From NCBI GenBank assembly GCA_003990765.1, contig RBNJ01000008.1, forward strand, positions 47,312 through 67,311: DNA of 20,000 nucleotides, given 5' to 3'. The notes under the pieces are model-generated. The model had not been told where the DNA came from. It saw only the letters and a list, made by a program, of their open reading frames with translations, and made no database searches. This DNA comes from Jimgerdemannia flammicorona. Its lineage: Eukaryota. A program made the position numbers and the translations under genes. The stretch's first letter is position 1, and each line of letters starts with the position of its first letter. Below, piece by piece: positions 10,654-20,000 of this stretch.

Positions 10654-10991
10654 AGTTTTATAAAAGGAAATAAACTGTACAGGGAGGCAGAGAATCGATC
10701 AAAGAACAACCAGACAATGTTTCAGATGTGTATACCAATTTTATGCCAGTTTATAACCCAAAGAATGAAAATCAACAATGATATTACAAAACTGAACCAA
10801 TAAATTTTTTTTTTTGAAAATTCATTTTAAGGTTAAATTAATATTAATTAAACTAAATTTAGTATCCTTGGATACCTCTGATATAGGGCTACAATATAGT
10901 ATAATTATATATATTTATATATAACATATATATTTAAAATAATTAAAATGTAAAATTTAATGAAACATTGGTTCAGTTTTGGAATACACTA
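10139..10991 (-). mobile_element. Tc1/mariner DNA transposon, 5' half
   Basis: The minus strand reads TA|TAGTGTATTCCAAAACTGAACC (TA at 10992-10993; TAGTG is CAGTG with C>T) exactly where LINE ORF1 homology breaks. The transposase follows. Confidence 0.85.
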
Positions 10992-12635
10992 TATCCAGCA
11001 TTTTGGTATCTGCCCCTATACTGGCAGTCTCATCCCACCCCTCCTCTGGGACATCCACTAGCTCATCCTTGCCAACTGCCACCACCTGTCCACCTTTTGT
11101 AACATCAGAAACCCCAAAGTATACCTGCTGAGCACTCTTCATCAATACATCCTCTGCCACCTGACCTCTTGCAGCTGGACCCCACCAGACCAGAGAGAGA
11201 GTGTCATTCAAGGCTGGTTCCTAGACTTCAAATGTACCATCAGCAAATGGGTCCACATATAGTGTCTTCCCAGCCCCCTCCAGGTCCTCTACTACATCAC
11301 CTCCTCCCTTACTAACCCAGACACTTGCCTCTATGCCCTCAGACTTCTCAGAGCTTCTAGTCTTCATCTTCTCCCCTCTTTCTATGCTTACTAGCATCTC
11401 CCTCTGTCTCCTACATCCTTGAGCCCTCTTCTACTACTTCTTATCAGTGTGAATATATTTCTCATCTATAATCTCTAGATATATCAACTCCTCATACAAC
11501 TTTCTGGCTTTTGCCCTCTACTCGACAGCACCACTCAACTCCTCCAAAGCCTCTAACAAGTTCTTCTCCTCCTCTTCACCCCCTTTCACCCTTGATACCT
11601 TATAGATAAAGGCCCCCCATATTAATACTGAAGACCAGTTACTTGTCTTCCCCATGGCCTCTCTCTCAGCCAGTCTAATTCTGACATCTACATCACTCAT
11701 CCTGAAGGTAGTCCTCTCCTACATCTGGAAACTGATATCTACCACATTACTATACTCTACCATCACCTCCTCCACCCTCCTTCTAGTCTCATCCTTCATC
11801 ACTGTAGACACTCCCTTTATCAGTAACTACACCACCCTGGGGTCCCACCTCAAGCACTGCACCATAGAGACCACTTCTCCCCTACTACCACTCCAGACCT
11901 CAAAGTTTCCTCCAATGAGCCCACCTCCTCAAAGCCCACCTCAACTCCCTCCAGACTCTTCAGGAACTTCACCAAGGTGGCCCCAGCCATCTGCTTCAAG
12001 ATAAGCCTCAGGACCATCCTCACTATTACTGCTAAGCCCTGGAAGTACAAAGTAGTTACAAATTCCAAAATTGACTTCTTGAGCAACAGTGTCACTGCTA
12101 ACTCTGTCACACTATTTACCAGATCTTCCTTCTATATTGGGAACCCCTGCCCTATCTGGCCATCAGCCATTACATTTTTTTTTTTTTTCCTAATTCTCTA
12201 TTATACTTCCATCAACAGTCACTCCCCCAGCCACAGCACTCCCAGCATCTATACTTGCATCTCCTGCCTGAGTACCACTCCCCCTCCTGATACTAGTCTT
12301 ACCCTTCCCCTTAGCAGCACCAGCCCTAGTCCTAGCCAACCATCCACTTGCTTTCACCTTATCTGCAAAGCTGGAGGGGCCAGGCCTTCCCTTAGTTCCA
12401 CCTGATACTAGTCCTCCTTCAGAGCCATCTCCACCCTTCAAACCTCCAAAAACCCCCATTCCCAATCCATAACCTCTATCCACATGCTGCCAGCTGAATG
12501 CCCTGGGTCTACCTGACCCAGCATGCCCATTGGAACTCTTACTTAATGATATTTTTATAGTACCTTTTCTCTGAGTTGTGTCAAAAACCATTGCTTGAAG
12601 TTGGTGTAATGTGAATTGTACAGGAGAAAGGTGTG
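10992..12635 (-). mobile_element. 5' part (5'UTR plus most of ORF1) of a second LINE copy, interrupted by Tc1
   Basis: Collinear diverged homolog of ~16635-18244: AFSWQHVDRG vs AFDWQHVKRG; DVRIRLAEREAMGKT..W...IWGAFIYKVSRVK vs DVRIQLAEKEATGKT..W...VWGAFLYKVTRVK; VYFGVSDVTKGGQVVAVGKDELVDV vs VYFGVSEIAKEGQVVVVGKNELIDV. Confidence 0.85.
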
Positions 12636-12637
12636 AT

Positions 12638-15600
12638 CTACATATTCTCTCTACCAAACAATACTACTAACTACTCTACAGTCCCCAACCATGCCACCAG
12701 CCTATCAGAGTATCTTTCATCAATCCTTTCTATTGCAACAGTTGCACCTCCAAGCTCTGATATTGCCTATTCTCAAATACAAATAACTAGTAATCTACCA
12801 ACCCCACCCATATAGCCAGTGTCTATTCTAAAGTAAGCTACTCCTTCTCAATCCCTCTCACCAATCTATCCCACAAATCCTCCCACCAACCCCTCACACC
12901 ATTCCTCCTCCACATAATACCTAACCTCTTTCCAACCACTATCCAGAAGTCACTAAGCACCTCACACTCCCCTAGCCAATATTCAGGCATCTATACAAAG
13001 CCCCCTTCCTGTCTAACATTGTAACACTCCTCACAGTCAAAGTTTCCCTCTTCCATCAGGTGGCCAGAGTGAAAGTTGAATATGATATTTCTCCTCAATA
13101 TGTACCACCAGACCACTCAATACTTCAGTGGTAGCCACCACTGAATCTCAGCACTCTAGGCCTAGATTTTATTCTAGTCTCACTCTTCTTTAATATCCAT
13201 CAACTGCCATCTGCTGGGCCATAGATCCTGCCCCAACCTCCTTTGGCACTCAACTCCATCACCAATATCAAAGTCATCAAGGAAGATGCCCTCTAGCAAC
13301 ACTCAGTCCTATCTCTATATTTCTGGGCCCCAAGGCCTTTCTCTCTCATCTCTTTGCCAATAAATACCAATATGATATACCCCATTGGTGACTCTCCACC
13401 AGAAGTCCTTAAACTGCATATGCTCATTGTTCTGAAGCCCAACTAAGGACAGAAGATCTCCTGTAAAGCCTCTCAGTAAGAATCTCATCTTCCAGACCTT
13501 CTTCAACAGAGGAACCCAGCTATCTCTCTCCAGCTCAATAGCTCTCTTTAGCCACCATGCTCTCAGATAGTACAACCTCTTTGAAAAGTCAACCAGCCCA
13601 AGTCCCTCTCTAGTTACTAGTAAGAACAAGATTTCCCAGCCAATCTGACTCCTCTTCTCAGCCCAGATCCACCCCTTGGCCAGTTTTAGCAGTTTCTTCA
13701 CCACCCAGGCTGAGAAGTCCAGATGATAAGCCAAATACCACAACTTTGGTAGCCAGTAAGCATTCAAGATGGAACACACCCTGCCAGAGATAAGTAGCAG
13801 CCTCCCCAGCTTTGCAGGGCCTCTCTCTCAGATAATAATCCACTGCTTTCACCAGAGTTTTGGAAGAACTGACCCATATACTGAGAGATAGATGCCCAAG
13901 TATCTCACTGCCTCTCTAGTAGAAACAATTGTTCTGATGATATCCTCCCCCACCAGACTATTATTCAGCACTATTATTTTATACTTGTGCTAATTTAGTT
14001 TAGCTCCAGAGTATACCTCATATTACTCTATAGTCTCTTTTAGTTCCTTAATATTGGCAATCAAGCCCAGACCAACCACCATATTATCTACAAAGGTGCC
14101 AACTTTCTACTCAATGCCAAATACTAAAAGTTCTCCTATCTTTTGCCAAATTCTATCTATTAAAAGCTCTAATAAGAGCACATACAGAATGGGAGACAGC
14201 AGGTCCCCCTGGAGAACACTCCTACCCAAAGAGAAAGCCACCCCTCAATGTCCATTACATATGAGCACAGCCCTGCTCTCTTCCAGTAAGCTGACCATTA
14301 CCACTCAGAACTATTGAGGGACACCAATCCTATCTAGCACCTTTATCAACCAGACTCTCTAAACATAGTTGTATGCCTTCTTCTGATCTAAGAAGACCAG
14401 GTACCTATCCAGTCTACAGGCTTGTGTCCCTTCAATAACACTATGTATCCAAGCTATTCCATCCTGAATGAGCTTGCCCCCAACAAATCCTCACTACTCC
14501 ACCCCTAAGGCCTATTGGGCCACCTTCTGCAGCCTCACTACCACTATCTTAGTAGTCAACTTCCTGTCTATTTCCAGTAGTATGATTGGCCTCCAGTTCT
14601 TCCAGTCCTCCCTCCTACTTTTGTTCTTATATAGTAGTGCCACCAGCCCCAGATTCTGCTCATATATTTATCTTCCAGACTGTAGTACTAAGTCAAAAAG
14701 TTCCCTCAGCTCTCCCAGTACACCAGAAACATCTACCATCTTCTTTCAGAAATCCCAGGGCAGGCCATCCTCCTCTGGTATTATACTCAGTATAGTTGCA
14801 ACAAGAATCTAGTAAATCTCCTCCTCCTATACCAGTAACATCAGATTGCCCAGCCCTTCTACCTGTAGTGAGTACCAATCCTCTAAGGTGAGATCAATGG
14901 TAACAGCCTCAGCTCCACCCTTCTCCTCACTCAACAAGTCACTCCACCTCTTCTTCAATAATCTGAGAATATCTTGTATACTATGCACCAATAGCCTCTC
15001 AGAATTAAGAACCCTCTCCCACCTCTGTTGAATCCTTCTTGCTCTAAGGGCCCTCATGAGAAACTTAGAGGGTCTCTCTCCATTCTCCAGCCCCTGCCAA
15101 TATAGATATGTCACCATACTCTGTATCTGTGCTTTCTCCTCCTCTTGTAATATCTGTTACAACTCCACAACCTCCTTTTTCATCCATAATAATCTCCAAT
15201 TCTCCACCCTCTCCAGGGTCAACAAATCTGCCCAATCTTCCAACAGCCTCATCAATCTAACAGAGGCCCACAACATCTTCTTCCTCCTCTGTCTATCAGT
15301 CACCTTACTGGCCTCTCTCCAATAGACTCTAGCAGCCTCTTTTAGTCTCATCTACTTAACTCTAACTGGAGTACCTTTCTATATCCACCCCTCTACCCTC
15401 TGCTGAATATCCACAGCCCACTTGTCCCACAGTATCTTATTGTTTAACAGAGAGGAGTTGAGACACCAATGTCCCATACCATCCCCACTCCCCCCAAAAT
15501 GGCCCTGTCCCAGCAATCTCCAATAATCAGACCACAGACACTATTCAGTCTCTAGTAATCTCCAAACATTTAGGCCCTAGCAGTCTGCTGTTAAAATCCA

Positions 15601-16203
15601 GTCAATTCTTGTCTCCAGGCCACTCACCCAATGTGTATATACTCTTCTGTCACCCTAAAACCCTCTGCCAGTATCTACCAAAGCACTCAGCCTCTCTACT
15701 TTCTCCTATATCTCCAAACCTCCACTCTTATCCTCTGCCCCCTGCCCTTCATCAGTTCTATCCAACAGTGTACCTCTGACCATATTAAAGTCCCCACCAA
15801 GTATGTCTACTCTAGCCTCAGTCAGAACCCCTCCCTTCTGGAGACTCTTCACCCACTCTATATGCTCATCCCATACTACAGGACAGTAGTAGAATCTCAC
15901 TATAACTGGTTTCTAATCAGTGTGAATCCACTCTCCCCAAACTAGCCTGTCTTCCCAGTTCTACATATCTTGTACCTCCTCTCTACCCTTCCTGATCAGA
16001 ATTCCAACCTTGTCCTCTCAAACTACCTCCCCTCTCCATTTCTTCATCTATTCTAGTTTATCCAAATTATCCTTGCATCTGACATCCTGCAAAAGAAAGA
16101 AATTGGCCTCTAATTCCTTCAGCCAAGCAAAAATCTTCTATCAATAAAACAAACCCCATAACCCATTCACATTTAAAGAAAAAATGTTGGTTGTACTATT
16201 TAT
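12638..16203 (-). pseudogene. LINE ORF2: AP endonuclease, reverse transcriptase and C-terminal Cys motif; multiple stops and frameshifts
   Basis: APE: IFSLNVNGL, FFLLQDV, ILGGDFN, TRIDWIL, WSDY, GHWCLNSSLL. Linker: GERPSKFL. RT: DGLPWDF, NWRPIILL, FLDQKKAYNYV, SVLQGDLLSPILY, FVDNM, GAKLN, RYLGI, GLGLVDF. C-terminus: CEEC...PEYWLGEC. Start inferred as ATG>ATA at 16203; 3' end approximate. Confidence 0.93.
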
Positions 16204-16234
16204 AAGGAATAATGTATAATAGCAAGTGTATCCT

Positions 16235-18161
16235 CTACTGCTCCATGTTCATCTCCTCCTGAGCTGAGTCCAGATCATATTTCATAGCTATCTTCTTCTC
16301 TTCAGTCCTCTTAGCCTCCAGTTTAACCAGAAGTTCTGTGAGCTCCCTATCCTCTTCTTTAAATTCTCATGATATTCCAGACAGACCTCTTGTCAGAGCT
16401 GCAACTCCCTTTTCTTATCAACCTCATACCCTTTCTTCTCCAGGAAAACTGCAAGAATTTCCACCTTCAGTACCTCTACCACTCTCTTGCTATATAAGAT
16501 ATATATCCAATACTTATCACTCATCACTTGCAGATCCACCTCCCCCAACTCCTCTGCTGCAAAGTTATTCGTTATCTTACACATCTATAGCAGATTTCCC
16601 ACCTCCTTCCCCCCAGGAGTCACTGGCCTCCCTCTATCCAGTATTGAAATATCAGTTCCTGTACTTGCAATCTCATCTCACTCCTCTCTTAAACATCTAT
16701 CAGTTCATTCTTACCCACCACCACTACCTGCCCCTCTTTTGCTATCTCAGAAACTCCAAAGTATACTTACTGGGCTCTCTGCATAGGCACATCCTCCACC
16801 ACTCTACCCCTTGAAGCTGGATCTCATCTGATAAGAAGTGTAGGGGTTGGGGAGTCTTTTCAGACCTCAAAAGTACCATCTGTATAAGGATCATACCCAG
16901 TCACCTTATTGGCCACTTCTGGCCCCTTCTCAGTATTCTTGCTATCTTCACACTCTCCTTGGCTCTCTTCATGATTTCAATATCACCAGCATCCTTCTTC
17001 ACCCTACTCTCTAAATTTGCCAATAGCTCTCTCTGCCTCTTATATTCTTGAGACCTTTTCCATAGCCTCTTATCTATCTGAATTCTCTTCCCATCCACTA
17101 CTTCTAAATATGTCAACTTGATATATACCTTCTAAGCCTTTGTTCTCTGCTCTATAGTACTACTTAGCTCCTCTAATACCTTCAACAAATCCTCTTCCTC
17201 TTTCTCACTCTCCTTCACCCTTGTCACTTTATACAAGAAAGCCCCCCAAACTATTACTAAAGGCCAGTCTCTAGTCTTCCCAGTAGCTTCCTTCTCTGCT
17301 AACTGAATTCTGACATCAATATCTTCAGTCCCAGAATGAGGTCCTCTCTCAGACCCAGAACCTAACATCAACCACCTCTCTATACTTAGCTATTACTTCC
17401 TCAACTCTCCTCTTTGTCTCCTCAGCAGTCGCCATGAGTACTCCTTTTACTAGTAATTATACCACCCTGGGGTCCCACCTCAAGCAGTGTGCCATCAGAA
17501 CATATATCTCTCCAATTATCAGCCCAGCCTTCAGTGCTTCCTTCAATGGCTCCATCTCTTCAAAGCTAATCTCCACTCCTTTCAGTCCCTTCAGGAACTT
17601 CATAGACATAGCTCTAGCCACCTGCTTAGCAATCAGCACCAGCATCATTTTCACCATCTGAAATACAAAGTAACTATAAATTCTGAGATTGACTTCTTGA
17701 GTAATGGGGCCATCACTAGGTCCATTATACTATCTACCAGATCCTCCATCTATCTAAGCCCCATCCTCTCAGCTCTACTCTCAGTAGTCATATCTGGATT
17801 TTTTTTCTAGATTGGCAGTTCTATTACTATCAGCTATCATACTTGTCCCAGCCACTATATTCTCAGCTCTACAGTCCCTACTACCAAGAGCTGCACCCTC
17901 ATGCCTGGTTATCTTCACCATCTTCTTGCCCTTCCTTAGCCAGCCCTTTAGTCCAGATATCAGCTGCTCTCTTTTTACCATATCTGCAAAACTTGTTCTC
18001 TCTGTCTCCTGCTCTCTGACCCTGCTTCCTCTCCATCTATATTCTCTTGCCAGCAGACCCCTCATGCTCTCCCCCAAGCCAGAGCCCCTCTTTACATGCT
18101 GCCAGTCAAATGCACTAGGGCTGCCCTGCCCAGTATATATCTCAGAACATATATTAGTCAC
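16235..18161 (-). pseudogene. LINE ORF1 region, fragmented; no domain recognised
   Basis: A chain of ORF pieces (17781..18161, 17457..17657, 17132..17371, 16901..17116, 16393..16584) ends at TAG 16235-16237, ~30 nt before ORF2. It is conserved at protein level with 10992-12600. Confidence 0.75.
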
Positions 18162-18252
18162 TATGTTGCTAGACTCTTCTCTCTAAAAACTATATTGTGA
18201 GTATTGTCAAAAGGTTGTATAACCTGAATATTACTGGGGAAAGGATTTTTGA

Positions 18253-18870
18253 CTTCATTCTCTTGCTCTTAATTTCTCATAGATTTGTCTTCTATATGCC
18301 TCACCTCACCACTTGAAAAGGCTGTCTATGCTCCTTACTTGAGATATATTATATATATTCTCTATGTTTTTTTTTTTTTTTTTGAGGGGCTTTTACTCTC
18401 TATACTTCATTCTCTTGCTCTCCATATCTCATAGATTTGTCTTCTATATGTCTTACCTTACCACTTGAAAAGGCTGTCTATACTTCTTACTCAAGATATA
18501 TTGTATATATTCTCTATATATATATATTTTTTTTTTGAGTGAGGGGCCTTTACTCTCTATGCTTCATTCCCTTGCTCTCCATTTCTTGTAGATTCATCTT
18601 CTATATACCTTGCCTCACTGCTTGAAAAGGCTTTCCACACTTCTTACTTGAGGTGTGTTATATACATTCTCTATACTTTTTTTTTTTTGAGTGAGTGAGA
18701 GGCCTTTACTCTCTATACTTCATTCTCTCACTCTTCATTTCTTATAGATTTGTCTTCTACATGCCTTGCCTTGCTGCTTGAGAAGGCTATCTATGTTCCT
18801 TACTTGAGGTATATTGTATATATTCTCTGCACTTTTTTTTTTTTTTTTTTTAGAGGAGCTTTTGCTCACT
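18253..18870. repeat. Tandem repeat, 4 copies of a ~155-bp unit
   Basis: Units start at 18253, 18405, 18562 and 18718 (cttcattcYctYRctc...tagattYRtcttcta...cttgaRaaggct...poly-T...gaggggc). Confidence 0.95.
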
Positions 18871-18879
18871 TCACTTTAT

Positions 18880-19325
18880 TTCTTCACTTGCTCTGCTTCA
18901 TTTTCTCACTTGCTCTACTTTCATTCCCTCACTCACTCTACTTTCATTTTCTCACTTACTCTACTTTCATTCTCTCACTCACTCTACTTTCATTCTCTCA
19001 CTTACTCTGCTTTCATTCCCTCACTCACTCTGCTTTCATTCCCTCACTTACTCTGCTTTTATTCCCTCACTCACTCTGCTTTCATTTCACTCACTCACTC
19101 CACTTTTATTTCCCTCACTTGCTCTGCTTTTATTCTCTCACTTACTCTGCTTTCATTCCCTCACTTGCTCTGCTTTCATTCTCTTACTCATTCTGCTTTC
19201 ATTCCCTCACTCACTCTGCTTTCATTCCCTCACTCACTCCACTTTCATTCTCTTACTCACTCCACTTCACTTCTCTCACTCACTCTGCTTCACTTCTCTC
19301 ACTCACTCTACTTCACTTTTCTCTC
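18880..19325. repeat. Minisatellite, ~23-bp unit CTTTCATTCCCTCACTCACTCTG
   Basis: Directly visible, roughly 19-20 imperfect copies. Confidence 0.95.
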
Positions 19326-19344
19326 TTTCCATTTTTTGCAGCTT

Positions 19345-19600
19345 ATCTTCCACATGTCTCACTGCTTGAAAAGGCCATCTATGCTCTATGCTGATCACCC
19401 CAACATGCCTCACTGCTTGAAAAGGCCATCTATGCTCTATTCTGACCACTCTGACATACCTCACCACTTGAAAAGGCCATCTATACTCCATTCTGACCAC
19501 CCTGATATATGTATCTTGCTGCTTGAAAAGACCATTTATACTCTATTCTGACTACTCTGATATATCTCACCACTTGAAAAGGCCATCTGCACTCTCTGCC
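19345..19600. repeat. Tandem repeat, 5 copies of a ~52-bp unit
   Basis: The CTTGAAAAGRCCAT core recurs at ~19365, 19416, 19467, 19522 and 19573. Confidence 0.93.
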
Positions 19601-19702
19601 TAAGGTGTTTTGTATGCATTCTCTGACTCACCTCACCTTACCTCACCTTGTCTCACTACTTTTGGTATACTACTTTTGATATATTGTATTTATTCCCCAT
19701 AA

Positions 19703-19743
19703 CAATATTTGCTAAGCTAATGTTTGCTAAGCCAATGTTTACC
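19703..19743. repeat. Short 15-bp tandem repeat (~2.7 copies)
   Basis: caatatttgctaagc taatgtttgctaagc caatgtttacc. Confidence 0.75.
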
Positions 19744-19830
19744 ATAATGATGTACCAGTAACATAAAGACTGATTGGGGGGTGTCTTCTAATCTATGCTA
19801 AAAACATACTCTCTTATTTCTGAGGAAGAT

Positions 19831-19833
<3 letters not shown>

Positions 19834-19863
<30 letters not shown>
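19834..19863. repeat. T30 homopolymer (polypyrimidine tract before ATAG, or poly(A) tail of a minus-strand retroelement)
   Basis: 30 T followed by ATAG; the two readings cannot be separated inside this window. Confidence 0.6.
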
Positions 19864-19866
<3 letters not shown>

Positions 19867-20000
19867 GTCACTTGGACTTCCTTCCTTTATTATGCTGATG
19901 TCTATAATTCTAACAATCAATGTCACCCCCAACCTCAACCAATGCCCTGTGGACCCAACCCTCCCCCTCAACCTCCCCCTGCCTGAGCACCACCCAATTA

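Larger units (their letters stand above)
12636..18244 (-). mobile_element. Near full-length decayed L1/Tx1-like non-LTR retrotransposon (ORF1 plus APE-RT ORF2)
   Basis: Complete motif order on one strand over ~5.6 kb; see the ORF entries. Confidence 0.92.

Noticed and set aside
10992-18244. 10992-12635 and 16635-18244 as long terminal repeats of one element
   Set aside because: The copies are coding, strongly diverged with many transversions, and the left one is cut by Tc1; two LINE copies fit better.
18750-19551. 214-aa and 245-aa ORFs as membrane proteins
   Set aside because: They are translations of the 23-bp and 52-bp tandem repeats.
19345-19600. CRISPR-like array or hammerhead repeats (CTGA...GAAA)
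   Set aside because: The spacers are homologous to each other, the context is eukaryotic with no cas genes, and there is no CTGANGA core.

Overview
Eukaryotic (probably fungal, inferred) transposon-rich window with no recognisable host gene. Left to right: a weak Ty3/gypsy gag relic (-); the RT half of an L1/Tx1-type LINE (-); the left end of an intron-containing hAT transposon with a BED finger (+); a 4-kb Penelope-like retroelement (PLE, -) with ~348-bp direct terminal repeats, a zinc-knuckle ORF1, a PLE-type RT and no GIY-YIG endonuclease; the 5' half of a Tc1/mariner element (-); the 5' part of a LINE; a near full-length APE-RT LINE of the same family joined head-to-tail to it; and a three-tier tandem repeat block. 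CpG is almost absent, and repeat copies differ mainly by C>T/G>A changes. The most interesting feature is the endonuclease-less two-ORF PLE. It has a candidate -1 frameshift and joins two unrelated, half-missing DNA transposons without a target-site duplication. All calls come from manual translation and alignment; most boundaries are approximate.
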